64,000 nt of DNA. Origin: a virus (taxonomy: Duplodnaviria; Caudoviricetes). The translations under genes and the position numbers were made by a program. Positions 16,628 to 26,627 of this stretch are shown here, piece by piece. Each line of letters opens with the position of its first letter. The first letter of the stretch is position 1. The stretch covers positions 1,932-65,931 of IMG/VR virus record IMGVR_UViG_3300036985_005808, one strand, 5' to 3'. The notes beneath the pieces were generated by a model, which saw only the letters and a program-made list of their open reading frames with translations, was not told the origin of the DNA and searched no databases.

Positions 16628-17689
16628 TTAGTATAGTTGAAGTTTTTTTAGTAGAGTTTGGTTTTCAAACAACATACCCAGATTGTATCTGTTGTGTTGT
16701 TGGTTAAATGGGCTACACCATGCCGTGGACCCAGACTTTCCAAAATTGGTATAGTCTGTGCCTAACCCAAAATGCACAACTTTGGTTTGTTTTAACCCTA
16801 GTTTATCGCACCAATAAGTTTGCTGGTTGTAGTATTTGTTCACATTGTAATCTATGGGAAACTGATTTATAATGTCCAATGCTAACCCAGCGCTCAATCG
16901 ATTGCAGATATTCTCATCGTTGCTCATCTGCATTGGGTCACTGGGTTTTGTTTTGCACATGCGAACTGCAATTTTAGCACATTGCACTGGAAATGTCTTG
17001 CTAAAACTAAATGTAATCTGTTTGATACAGTCTGCGCTGAGGTCTATATCAACTGCACCACTGCTGTTTGGCAAATAGATAAAATCGACCAAGAGATCAA
17101 TATTTTTACGATTGCATTCGTCCACTAGCCAATCAAAATGTTCGTGCTTGTCACCTATCAATGCAAAAGGATAACTGCAAATACAAATGTCCCCGGGTGC
17201 AAGATCTTCATCTTCGATATAAGCCCAGTTAGCGTTGATCTTGTTCCATATGTCCATGTGCCACCAGTAGTCTCCACGGAACACTCTGAATCTTTTGTTT
17301 TTATTAAACAAATAAAAATTTATAAAACTTTCCTGAGTCCCGGCACTGAACCCAACATACTTGAACTGATCAAAATTATGCAATTTAAATTTGGTTCCTT
17401 GCATGACCCATGAAGGAAACTGTTGTTCAAATTGTTGAACCACCCAGGGGTTAAGCAAATGCCGGGACAAGTGTAAGACTTGTACATAATCAATCACATC
17501 GGGGTCTTTGATGCTGTTGCCGCTGCTGAAGATACTTCGTGCTCTTGACCGTACAGATTCAAATTTATTGTTGTCCGGAAACGCCCATACATATTCCCCA
17601 GGCACATCCAGCACACGATCAGCACTGGCTTTGGCCAAAGACCATGCAATGGTTCTGATCTGATTTATATCTGTGTTAAAATCTTGCAT
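16628..17689 (-). CDS. PLP-dependent transferase (fold type I), paralogue 2
   Basis: FSAGTQESF, LLVDFIY, TFSFSKTF (Schiff-base Lys); start probably ATG 17689. Confidence 0.7.
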   Translation of the reverse strand: MQDFNTDINQIRTIAWSLAKASADRVLDVPGEYVWAFPDNNKFESVRSRARSIFSSGNSIKDPDVIDYVQVLHLSRHLLNPWVVQQFEQQFPSWVMQGTKFKLHNFDQFKYVGFSAGTQESFINFYLFNKNKRFRVFRGDYWWHMDIWNKINANWAYIEDEDLAPGDICICSYPFALIGDKHEHFDWLVDECNRKNIDLLVDFIYLPNSSGAVDIDLSADCIKQITFSFSKTFPVQCAKIAVRMCKTKPSDPMQMSNDENICNRLSAGLALDIINQFPIDYNVNKYYNQQTYWCDKLGLKQTKVVHFGLGTDYTNFGKSGSTAWCSPFNQQHNRYNLGMLFENQTLLKKLQLY

Positions 17690-18150
17690 GCCTGTTGATA
17701 GTAGTTGTAATCTTCTTCCCATTGTGGGTCATTGTTGTTTTTTTCGTGTCTGATTTTTAGTATCCAGTAAAGCACAGGATTATGAAAATTTAAAATAAAC
17801 TTTCCATTTGGACCAAAGAACAAACAACTAGGATATCGTTGGCCACCCTGATCTAAAAATTCGCTGTTCCAGATGAGTTCTTCTACGTCGTAGTCATCAA
17901 TGACGATAGAGTCTATTTCAAAACTTCTATCTCTAACAATTTTTCCATCCTGCACAATTGTGTCTGACGGTAGTTTGTCCCAGTGCTCGATCACCAAGCA
18001 ACAGTGCCCGGTGACACTATCATGATCGTACTCAAAATTATCAAGCACTGGACCAGAATATAGTTCATGGTTGTTCACTAAAATTTTACATTTTGGAGCA
18101 TCAACAATGTTTTTGAATTTTAATTTAAGTTTCATTTTTGATTGTTTCAA
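17665..18150 (-). CDS. Hypothetical protein between the PLP enzymes
   Basis: 161-aa ORF overlapping both neighbours. Confidence 0.7.
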   Translation of the reverse strand: MKQSKMKLKLKFKNIVDAPKCKILVNNHELYSGPVLDNFEYDHDSVTGHCCLVIEHWDKLPSDTIVQDGKIVRDRSFEIDSIVIDDYDVEELIWNSEFLDQGGQRYPSCLFFGPNGKFILNFHNPVLYWILKIRHEKNNNDPQWEEDYNYYQQACKILTQI

Positions 18151-19135
18151 ACAAGTTCCAGTTTTCGAATATGCTCACTAGACTCACTCGATTGTTAAAC
18201 TTTGACGGATCTATATTTAACTGATACACTTGTAATAGATTACGTCTACTGTATTGATTCCAGTCTGCATTGCCCACTGCAAACGTAACACAATTACCCG
18301 GCACCAAGTCAAAATATTCACATACAGACTGTTGTTTGGCTCGATACTTGTTGTACATGTAGTTGCTGGGGAATTTATCAATAATTTTCAACCCAATGTA
18401 TGCTGATAAATGGTTGTTGTAATTTATATCATCATGTAGTTTTTGTCCATCAACTACGTTTCTAGTATATCGTATTCCTATGCGCAAATTGGCAATGGGA
18501 AATGCCTTGCTGAGACTGAACGACACTGTATCTATACACGGTGACGACACATCAATTTTTACATTTCCGCTGATGGGATAGTAACAACAATCCACAAGCA
18601 CCGGTACACCCAGCTGTTCACAAGTTGCAATCAAGTTATCATATTCAGGATGCACAGATCCTGAATCACAAAAGGGCATACTGATCACAACTGCATCATT
18701 GGCACTTATAGGATCATGATCAGTGATAAAACTCCAATCAATTTGATTGCTGATCCAAGTTTTTAGATGATAAAAGTATTCACCTGTGTAGCATCTAAAT
18801 TTTCTATTTCTATGTCTTAGGTAAAAACTGTCAAACGATTGAGTAGTACCAGCACTGAAATCCATCTGATATTGATCCAGACCAATCACGGTGTTTGATT
18901 GATGGGTTTGCAACCAGTTAGTGAACGAATTTTTAAATTTAGACAAGTTGTCCCACTTGTTCAACCCGTTGTCCAACAGATTATCTTGGAATATATTTTT
19001 GATAAAATAAGCTACTTCAGGATCTTTAACTGCACGAGATCCTTGAAATATGTGATTGGCTGTTGATCTAGCGTCAAAAAAGTTTTTAGAATTTGCCGCT
19101 GAGATCAAATAAGCAAGTTTGCGTATGTTATGCAA
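18125..19135 (-). CDS. PLP-dependent transferase (fold type I), paralogue 1
   Basis: FSAGTTQSF, VLVDCCY, SFSLSKAF...LRIGIRY motifs. Confidence 0.75.
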   Translation of the reverse strand: MHNIRKLAYLISAANSKNFFDARSTANHIFQGSRAVKDPEVAYFIKNIFQDNLLDNGLNKWDNLSKFKNSFTNWLQTHQSNTVIGLDQYQMDFSAGTTQSFDSFYLRHRNRKFRCYTGEYFYHLKTWISNQIDWSFITDHDPISANDAVVISMPFCDSGSVHPEYDNLIATCEQLGVPVLVDCCYYPISGNVKIDVSSPCIDTVSFSLSKAFPIANLRIGIRYTRNVVDGQKLHDDINYNNHLSAYIGLKIIDKFPSNYMYNKYRAKQQSVCEYFDLVPGNCVTFAVGNADWNQYSRRNLLQVYQLNIDPSKFNNRVSLVSIFENWNLFETIKNET

Positions 19136-20891
19136 GTTCTATATCCGTGCTGTAACTGGTAAACCCATTTTCTTTTACCACTTTGAGTATGTTCTCCACA
19201 CGCCCTGCTAGTTCATCTCTATGACTTACTAACCAAATTGATTTGTGGCGTTCGCGACTCATCTTCTTGAGCAAGGCCAGTGCGTTCTCTACACCTTGTG
19301 TGTCCAGCCCGTTGTCAATCAACTCGTCGATAAACAACAAGTTGATCGGTGAGTACAAACTTTCCCATACATCGCGGAATGCCCAACTCATTGATAATAT
19401 CAATCGGTTGCGTTCGCCACGGCTTAGATTATCAAAGTCTAACTCTCGACCCAATTCCTCAATCATCACAGTTAGATCATTTTGGAACTTCACAGTATGT
19501 GGCAATCCAATTCTATCCAAGTAGTGTGTTAGCCTCTGATTTAAATAACTCAAATTTTGATCAATAATTTTCTTTCGAACAAAGCTGTCCTTACTGGTCA
19601 GCAGTTTTAATAAAAATTCTTGATGTTCTTGTAATCGGGTAAGTTCATTCAGAGCATCGTATGTTACCACTTGCAAGGCCTGCCCTTGCATGTCATCAAT
19701 TTGTTCTGTGTACGGGTCCATATCTGTTTGCCTTGTCACAAGATCTTTGCGTAATGTTTCTACAGTATTACGATGATTTAATGCTTGTTCAAGTGTATCA
19801 TAGAATACCGCAGGAGCAGCACCAGACACTCCTAGATTTTTTAGTGTATCAGTATGCTCCATCCATTGTGTATTATTGGCCAACAACTGTAAAGCATGTT
19901 CTTTTAGCTGTTCCTGTTTGGCTTGTTTAAGTTCGTCTTGTTTGGTATCATGAATATCTTGTCCACAACTATGACACTTGTGATTTTCTAACAAGTCAAT
20001 CTCTGTTTTTAATTTCTTAATTAACTTTTGTTGTTTCTCATTGTCAGACTCTATGCTACGAATCCACTTGTTAGCATCATCCATGGCTTTTTTCTTGATG
20101 TAGAATGTTTCTAAATCTCTGTGAGATTGCACCTCAACCTCAATATCAATATGCTCCAGGTCTGCAATAGCCTGGACTAGTTTAGCCACATCCTCGGCTT
20201 GTTTCACACACCAAAGTCGATGTCGTTTACGCAAACTTTCAATCTGCTCTTCGATACGTTTGTTAGCTTCAATAACTGCACGTATTCTAAACTCTTCCTG
20301 TGAGATAGAATCTTTAGTCTCTCGGTTGAGTTCTTTGATCCGGTCAGCTCGTTCACTTAGTAATGTGATTCCCAATAACTGTTCAATTATATTTCTTTGA
20401 TCATTTGCTTTTAGACTTAAGAACGGTTCTGTATAAGTGTTCAAGGCCAACACATGTTTAAACATGTCGTGGCTCATGTTCATGATACGTTCTATCTCGT
20501 TCTGTGTTTCGCGACTATCGCCTTGGGCCTCGTCTGTTGCTTGTTGTTCTTTGTGATTTACATAAAACTTGAGAACATTGGGTTTACGGCCTCGTTCAAT
20601 TCTGTAATCCTGTCCACTAACAGCAAAATCCAGGCTTACCATCATGCCTTTGCTGTTGGTTTTGTTCACAAGGTTATCTTTGCGAATGTTGCTTAATGCT
20701 TGACCATACAATGCATAACTTAATGCATTGATAATTGTGGTCTTGCCGGTACCGTTGCGGCTACCATCTCCACCAAGGTCTAGATTTTCGCCTAGAACTA
20801 ACGTGAGATCCTTGCGATCAAAGTCAATACCCTGTGTGGCATTGCCCACACTCATGAAATTTCGAACGGTGAGATTGCGTATTTCGATCAT
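19128..20891 (-). CDS. gp46: Recombination exonuclease ATPase subunit (gp46, Rad50/SbcC family)
   Basis: Walker A NGTGKTT, coiled coil with CHSC zinc hook, signature LSRGE, Walker B LFIDE, H-loop VSH. Confidence 0.95.
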   Translation of the reverse strand: MIEIRNLTVRNFMSVGNATQGIDFDRKDLTLVLGENLDLGGDGSRNGTGKTTIINALSYALYGQALSNIRKDNLVNKTNSKGMMVSLDFAVSGQDYRIERGRKPNVLKFYVNHKEQQATDEAQGDSRETQNEIERIMNMSHDMFKHVLALNTYTEPFLSLKANDQRNIIEQLLGITLLSERADRIKELNRETKDSISQEEFRIRAVIEANKRIEEQIESLRKRHRLWCVKQAEDVAKLVQAIADLEHIDIEVEVQSHRDLETFYIKKKAMDDANKWIRSIESDNEKQQKLIKKLKTEIDLLENHKCHSCGQDIHDTKQDELKQAKQEQLKEHALQLLANNTQWMEHTDTLKNLGVSGAAPAVFYDTLEQALNHRNTVETLRKDLVTRQTDMDPYTEQIDDMQGQALQVVTYDALNELTRLQEHQEFLLKLLTSKDSFVRKKIIDQNLSYLNQRLTHYLDRIGLPHTVKFQNDLTVMIEELGRELDFDNLSRGERNRLILSMSWAFRDVWESLYSPINLLFIDELIDNGLDTQGVENALALLKKMSRERHKSIWLVSHRDELAGRVENILKVVKENGFTSYSTDIELA

Positions 20892-21901
20892 AAGTTTTGG
20901 TAAATCTTTAGCAATAGTTTTGGATCGTAGAATTTACTGTCAATGTTGGTAAGTTGATCTGTGACAATCTGATCTACTGATTCAAACTTGATCTCACCGG
21001 GCGCCATATCAGTATCCACCGACGAGTTCTTATTTGGTATCAAGGCCATTTCTCTCAACTGATAGTCTTTGATATATGTTTCTTTAATAAAGTTGGCCTC
21101 TTCGTATGATATCTCAATGTCCAATTGCACACGCACATGCATACCAGGTGCAAGTAATGTGGTAGCATTGTCAATAACATTAGATAACCCTAACACACGA
21201 TATCTAGGTTGATCTGGCCATGCGTAATGCACTGGATCTTGCCCCCATTCTAGAATCATCAACCCACGATCGTCGTCACCGGCGTCGGCATAGTTGTGTG
21301 GAAAGCAATTGCCAATATATGTGATGTTTTTCTTGGTCTGACGTTTGTGAAAGTGTCCAGTAAACACATGCTCAAAGTTTGTGAAGTCTTCTCTACGCAC
21401 TTGGCCATGGTCTGGCATCTCAACCATGGCATTCATTAGATATCCGGGCAATTCAAAATGCCCAAACATGTACCTGCCTGTTAGTTTGGGTATGCGTTTA
21501 TAATCATCTCCACACAGCCAGGGCGCAATAACTACATCTCCACTACTAAACCAATCGTTGCAAATTTCAACATTTGGGAGATGCCGGGCCCATTCCACAC
21601 TTTGTATATCACGCTTGTCTCGATAGTATAGATCGTGATTACCGGGAATAAAATAAACCTTTTCAAAGTTGGCATTCATGTGTTCCAGGGCCCGCAGGCT
21701 GTAGTTTAATGTAACAATATTTAAACTTGCACGAGAATTATGCCAATCACCCAAGAACAAACAGGTTTCACACCCTTCTGACTTTGCTTTGGCAGTGGCC
21801 CACTTGACAAAGGCCAAACAGTCTTCGTTGTGTAACGTACTGTTTGATTTGAGTCCAAAATGTATGTCTGTGAAGACCGCGGCTTTGCGAAATAAGGTCA
21901 T
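20888..21901 (-). CDS. gp47: Recombination endonuclease subunit (gp47, Mre11/SbcD family)
   Basis: DIHFG, LGDWH, GNHD, GHFE, GHFH metallophosphoesterase motifs; coupled to gp46. Confidence 0.95.
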   Translation of the reverse strand: MTLFRKAAVFTDIHFGLKSNSTLHNEDCLAFVKWATAKAKSEGCETCLFLGDWHNSRASLNIVTLNYSLRALEHMNANFEKVYFIPGNHDLYYRDKRDIQSVEWARHLPNVEICNDWFSSGDVVIAPWLCGDDYKRIPKLTGRYMFGHFELPGYLMNAMVEMPDHGQVRREDFTNFEHVFTGHFHKRQTKKNITYIGNCFPHNYADAGDDDRGLMILEWGQDPVHYAWPDQPRYRVLGLSNVIDNATTLLAPGMHVRVQLDIEISYEEANFIKETYIKDYQLREMALIPNKNSSVDTDMAPGEIKFESVDQIVTDQLTNIDSKFYDPKLLLKIYQNL

Positions 21902-22806
21902 ATAGAATGAGATTTGTACAGTAACTTATGTAATTGTACACTATTTGTTGGGAACTTGTCAAGCTCGTGACACTGAATTTCATACCCAAGGTTTCTCAAT
22001 TGCCATTGAATCCAGGCCTCACTGGGCAACGTCAACTGTTCCCATGCTAAATTTTGATTGTTGATTACTGCTGTTATAATATTGTTACACAGCACATCAT
22101 GATGCAGATATTTTTGATTTTTTAAATTTTGTTCATGAAATGGTAACAAATCTCGAATAGGGCGTACATACTCTAGGTCACAAAACACCCTTATTTTTTG
22201 TAAGATTTCTTCAAAATTATTCAGCAGTTCTCTAACAGTGATTATGCAACATTTAGGATTTTGCCAGCAATCGGGATGATACCATTCAACTTGATCATAC
22301 CAGGCGGGCATAAGATAAAAGCTCAGAAACTCTCGACGAATCCAGTTGGGTATATGTTGTATTGCGGTACCGGGCACAGTCGGCCAATATTGATAAAGTT
22401 TTTTTGCATCAGTAAAATTCATAATCAACAAGTTATCGGACCACCAGTTGTTCCAAATTTTGGTAAAAAAATTGTTAATAGTTAACAATACAGAATCGCG
22501 ATCGGGGTATATATAGATCATGTGTTGTGCGTTTGCACAAGTTTGATCTAATCTGTCAGATATTGAATGTTGCTGTTGGGTTTTAGGATGAAAACGTGCA
22601 AATTGACAATTTGAACTTAAAAATTCAAAAATCTCACTAAACTCAATCCACTTGCTTTTTAATTTATGGCTATTACCTACAGCAGTAAATGGTGAAATTA
22701 ATTGATCAGTGCTAGTAAGACTAGTCAAACACCATTCAAGATAGGTACCGTATGTTCCCCCGGAGTATGCAATAGGTATGTTACTACTCAGTTTATGCAT
22801 CTTCAC
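21898..22806 (-). CDS. Hypothetical protein (possible P-loop/sulfotransferase-like fold)
   Basis: 302-aa AT-rich ORF with N-terminal YSGGTYGTYLEW; overlaps both neighbours. Confidence 0.55.
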   Translation of the reverse strand: MKMHKLSSNIPIAYSGGTYGTYLEWCLTSLTSTDQLISPFTAVGNSHKLKSKWIEFSEIFEFLSSNCQFARFHPKTQQQHSISDRLDQTCANAQHMIYIYPDRDSVLLTINNFFTKIWNNWWSDNLLIMNFTDAKKLYQYWPTVPGTAIQHIPNWIRREFLSFYLMPAWYDQVEWYHPDCWQNPKCCIITVRELLNNFEEILQKIRVFCDLEYVRPIRDLLPFHEQNLKNQKYLHHDVLCNNIITAVINNQNLAWEQLTLPSEAWIQWQLRNLGYEIQCHELDKFPTNSVQLHKLLYKSHSI

Positions 22807-23719
22807 GTTGTGTTTCTGCAGGATAGGTGGTAATAGTAACCGGTCCGGACAAGGCTTTCATCGAATGTTTGCCGGCATTTTGCCGAGTCCATGAGGGATT
22901 GAGACCGTTCATCTCCAAGATGTCATCACGAATGTTTTGACTTTTCTTTTCAATATTTAGGATACGAGTAAAGCTATTGGTAATAGCGGCAGTATAATAC
23001 GCAAAAGGGTTCTGCGATTTTGATTCGTCGAATTGCAATCCAATTTGACTGAGCTGTAACAAGGCTTGGCCTCGCATTTCTTCGTTGTATGTGTATCCAC
23101 GCCAATTACTCCTGGTAGCATATCTCTCGCATAATTTCATAAACATCATGGCCAATTTTCGAGTTATATCACCATGCTCACGGCAAAACTCGCCAGTAGC
23201 TAAATCTCCCCTCCAATGGCTACGTCCCACTATAAATGTTGTTTTATCATCGGCCAATCGATAGTGTTCAAACGGAGGAAAGTTCAACCTTACATAATTC
23301 ATATTCAACACAGGTATATCTAAAATATCTGCCAATGGATCATCTTCGGACACATCATCAAGATCCAACATCTCTTCCAATTTGCTTAGTTTTTTAGCTT
23401 CGGCTTTGGTAATCTTCTTGGGTGCTTTGGGAATGTGATCCCAGCAGGTGATTCTAAACACAAGATCAGTGTTGGGGATTTTCTTTTGATCAACAATCTC
23501 GCCAGTTTCACGCTTGATACGGTCAGCACGGGTTTTACGTGCTTCTACTACAGTGCGCTGATTAATTTTATCTATGCTGGGCAAGATCAAATCATATTGA
23601 TGATCCAACGCACGATCCTGATACCAGCAGTAGGTGTTTTTGCTGTGATGTATTTCTTTTAAAATATCTCTGTTGTTGAGATAATTGACCTTGGCTGCGG
23701 GTTTGGGTAATAAAGACAT
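22793..23719 (-). CDS. gp55: Late-transcription sigma factor (gp55-like) with a long insertion
   Basis: NYLNNRDIL, RSNWRGYTYNEEM, FDESKSQNPFAYYT...NSFTRILNIEKK; upstream of gp47/gp46 as in T4. Confidence 0.9.
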   Translation of the reverse strand: MSLLPKPAAKVNYLNNRDILKEIHHSKNTYCWYQDRALDHQYDLILPSIDKINQRTVVEARKTRADRIKRETGEIVDQKKIPNTDLVFRITCWDHIPKAPKKITKAEAKKLSKLEEMLDLDDVSEDDPLADILDIPVLNMNYVRLNFPPFEHYRLADDKTTFIVGRSHWRGDLATGEFCREHGDITRKLAMMFMKLCERYATRSNWRGYTYNEEMRGQALLQLSQIGLQFDESKSQNPFAYYTAAITNSFTRILNIEKKSQNIRDDILEMNGLNPSWTRQNAGKHSMKALSGPVTITTYPAETQREDA

Positions 23720-23749
23720 GTGATGTATGGTCTCCTAACAATCTACTTT

Positions 23750-23777
23750 AGTGTAGCATATTTACAACAAATGTCAA
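23750..23777 (-). promoter_or_regulatory. Sigma70-type promoter for the gp55-gp47-gp46 operon
   Basis: TTGACA-16 nt-TACACT with extended -10 TG, followed by AGGAGA RBS. Confidence 0.7.
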
Positions 23778-23846
23778 CCTCTTTTTATAATATTTTTATA
23801 AACTACTCAGTTTTTATTACCGGTAAATAACATACAGGAACTCACA

Positions 23847-26627
23847 ATGGCCACAACCAACAATCCATTAACCGCTGCTGCCAAAGCAATTGCTGCGGCG
23901 CAGGCAAAAGTTGCGTCAGCCCAAAAAGTACAACGCACTGCAACCAACAGTTATAAAGCTTCTGTCAATGCCCTGTCCACGGCACAAAAAGCAGTCAAAA
24001 CTCTAACATCATTAAAGGGTGGCCTCACGCTGAAGAACGCACAAACTGCATTGGCGGCAGCACAGCGGGTGGTAGGAGCAGCACAGACCATAGTCAAGAG
24101 CACACAGATGGCGGTAAACACCACCACAAACACTGTGAAAAAACTAACTGGTCAAGGCGGTTCTGCTGGAAATCCAGCAATTGACAATGCAATAAGACAA
24201 CGAAAACCATACACCGCACAAACCAATACTGGCACTGGACCTACCATGAGCAGTGGCCAAGGTCTGTTGAATATTCCGGGCGCCACGCAGATAGCAAGAA
24301 ATCAGGCTGATCCTGAAGGCAATGTCAATGCAGCAAGACCTCAATCACGGCCAGAAGAATTCAGTTCAGATGCTGATCGACTGGGAGTATCATCCATTGA
24401 AAATACACCAGTTACTGCCGCGGTGGCTGATGCCAGCGGCGGCAGCAATGCAGTGGCCTCTAGTAACCCAATAGTTCAACCAGCAACTGGTACACAAGTC
24501 ACTCAAGAAACCACCACAGTCAGTGGCGGCGGCACAACTTATGTGACTGCCGGTATCCCAAAAGCAAATGCTGCCAGTAATGCTGTGCAGCCAGCAATTG
24601 ATGTTAAACAAGCCGAAATTGATCAATTTAACAAAGACAATCCCAGCAACTTTTCTAGAAAAAAACAAGGTCTGCCACCTTTAACACCTGAAGAGTCACA
24701 ACAACGTCAAGAAAAACTTCTTGCACTGAACCAGGAAAAAAGCAGTCTAGTTGACAAACAAAACGATCTCAAGACTCCAGAGTCAACACCACCTGTAGTG
24801 GTGCCTAATACCACCACCACTACTTCTACCACAGTGACCAGCAAGGCTGCGGTTCAAGCGGAAGTTGACCCAGAAGATGATGAAAGTCTTGGCCAGCAAG
24901 TATCAGAACAGAGCCGCTTCAGAGTTCCTGAATTTGGTTCAGGGGGTCTTACTGATGTAGAACAAGTAGATCTAACAGCTGCCGCAGCAGGTGGTGGCAG
25001 CCAACGAATAGATCGACAAGAAGATGGGCCACAACCAGTTATAGCAGCGCCGGTTGTTGCCGATGTTGCCGCAGCAGGTGGTGGCAGCCAACGAATAGAT
25101 CGACAAGAAGATGGGCCACAACCAGTAACTCGCAACCTAGTTGTCACCAATGCTGCCGAAGCAGGCACTGGCCAAAAACTAGATCGAGCAGAAGATGGGC
25201 CAGTTGCCAACAGCACCTCAGTTAATGGAGGCGCTGCCATAGCAGGTGGCGGCGGATCCAGCACTAGTACAGTATCAGGTACTTTTAAAATGGGCCAGCC
25301 GTCAGGTCCTATTACATTCAATGGCCAAGTGGTGAATCCTGGAGATCCAGACTATCCCGCAGCGTCTGCGGCATTGATTGAGTCTAGAAACAGATTACGG
25401 CCAAATCCACCAGTTGTCAAGAAAACCGTTGCTCCGGCCACAGCCGCAGCAGGCAGTGGTGAAAGAGATACTACAAATAACGAATTGGGTGGAGATGTTC
25501 CAGACCCAACGCCCATTATATCTCCAGCACCAGTTGGTGTGGTTGATACCAATGCTGGAGAACTTGGCGATCGGCCACCCATTATATCTCCGGCACCAGT
25601 TGGTGATCCTGAAGGTACAGCAAATATACAAGACCAAAATGCTGCTGCAAATGCTGAAGCAATACGCAATGCCGGAGAACTAGGCAATCGGCCAGTAGTT
25701 TCTGATCCAGCACCAGTTGGTGTGGTTGATACCAATGCCGGAGAACTTGGCGATCGGACGCCAAGAACTATTGATCAAGACCTCATACAAGGTCTTCGAG
25801 CCCGAACAGTACTGCAACCCACGCTACAAGCTCGTAACAAACAACCTGCCAGTGCAGACTGGCGTGTTCGACTGCAATTGGCACCGGGAGCAACATATCT
25901 TTACAATGCACCTGATGCAGATATTTTACAACCACTAGCAGCAACGGACGGAGTGATATTTCCCTACACCCCGTCAATCGAAACATCATATGATGCCAAT
26001 TACGATAAATATGATCTAACACATTCTAACTTCCGTGGATATTTTTACAAAGGTAGTAAAGTAAACGACATCAATATTCGTGCAATATTCACTGCTCAGG
26101 ATACCAGGGAAGCAGGATATATGTTGGCAGTGATACATTTCTTTAGGTCCGTGACCAAAATGTTCTATGGAGCCAATGATCCCTTGCGTGGTGCACCGCC
26201 ACCACTGACATATTTAACCGGACTAGGACCATATCAATTCAACCAACATCCGTGTGTGGTACAAAGTTTTAATTACAGCCTGCCTAGCGAAGTTGACTAT
26301 ATAAGAACAGAAGCACCAAATAACAACGGCACAAACTTGGGTATTCGAAGAAGCCCCGGCGGCCGACAACCTCCGTCGACCACTCGACTAGGTGGTACTG
26401 AGACCAAACCGCCAGCAGGAGCTCAATTTAACCCTGGAGAAACTTCTGCCGCTGCTGCTGCTGCGATAGCACAGAACGTTAACAATTTATTACAAGCCAC
26501 ATATGTGCCAACAAAAATCGAAATCAGTCTGGTATTGTTGCCCATCAACACACGCAGCCAAGTCAGCCAACAGTTTAACATGCAAGGGTTTGCCAATGGC
26601 CGGTTACTTAGAGCAGGATTCTGGTAA
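23847..26627 (+). CDS. Baseplate/tail-tube initiator-like protein (gp48/gp54/GpU-like C-terminal domain) with long low-complexity N-terminus
   Basis: C-terminal GVIFPYTPSI...HSNF...FTAQ...IHFFRSVTKMFYG...PPP...PCVVQSFNYSLP; TAAATA at 23824-23829; first gene of the baseplate cluster. Confidence 0.65.
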   Translation: MATTNNPLTAAAKAIAAAQAKVASAQKVQRTATNSYKASVNALSTAQKAVKTLTSLKGGLTLKNAQTALAAAQRVVGAAQTIVKSTQMAVNTTTNTVKKLTGQGGSAGNPAIDNAIRQRKPYTAQTNTGTGPTMSSGQGLLNIPGATQIARNQADPEGNVNAARPQSRPEEFSSDADRLGVSSIENTPVTAAVADASGGSNAVASSNPIVQPATGTQVTQETTTVSGGGTTYVTAGIPKANAASNAVQPAIDVKQAEIDQFNKDNPSNFSRKKQGLPPLTPEESQQRQEKLLALNQEKSSLVDKQNDLKTPESTPPVVVPNTTTTTSTTVTSKAAVQAEVDPEDDESLGQQVSEQSRFRVPEFGSGGLTDVEQVDLTAAAAGGGSQRIDRQEDGPQPVIAAPVVADVAAAGGGSQRIDRQEDGPQPVTRNLVVTNAAEAGTGQKLDRAEDGPVANSTSVNGGAAIAGGGGSSTSTVSGTFKMGQPSGPITFNGQVVNPGDPDYPAASAALIESRNRLRPNPPVVKKTVAPATAAAGSGERDTTNNELGGDVPDPTPIISPAPVGVVDTNAGELGDRPPIISPAPVGDPEGTANIQDQNAAANAEAIRNAGELGNRPVVSDPAPVGVVDTNAGELGDRTPRTIDQDLIQGLRARTVLQPTLQARNKQPASADWRVRLQLAPGATYLYNAPDADILQPLAATDGVIFPYTPSIETSYDANYDKYDLTHSNFRGYFYKGSKVNDINIRAIFTAQDTREAGYMLAVIHFFRSVTKMFYGANDPLRGAPPPLTYLTGLGPYQFNQHPCVVQSFNYSLPSEVDYIRTEAPNNNGTNLGIRRSPGGRQPPSTTRLGGTETKPPAGAQFNPGETSAAAAAAIAQNVNNLLQATYVPTKIEISLVLLPINTRSQVSQQFNMQGFANGRLLRAGFW
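24980..25126 (+). repeat. Exact 60-bp direct repeat (24980-25039, 25067-25126)
   Basis: Encodes AAAGGGSQRIDRQEDGPQPV twice. Confidence 0.9.

Noticed and set aside
24980-25760. Direct repeats as a CRISPR array or DGR template/variable pair
   Set aside because: In-frame coding repeats with only 2-3 copies, no spacer pattern, no adenine-specific variation, and no cas or reverse transcriptase gene in the window
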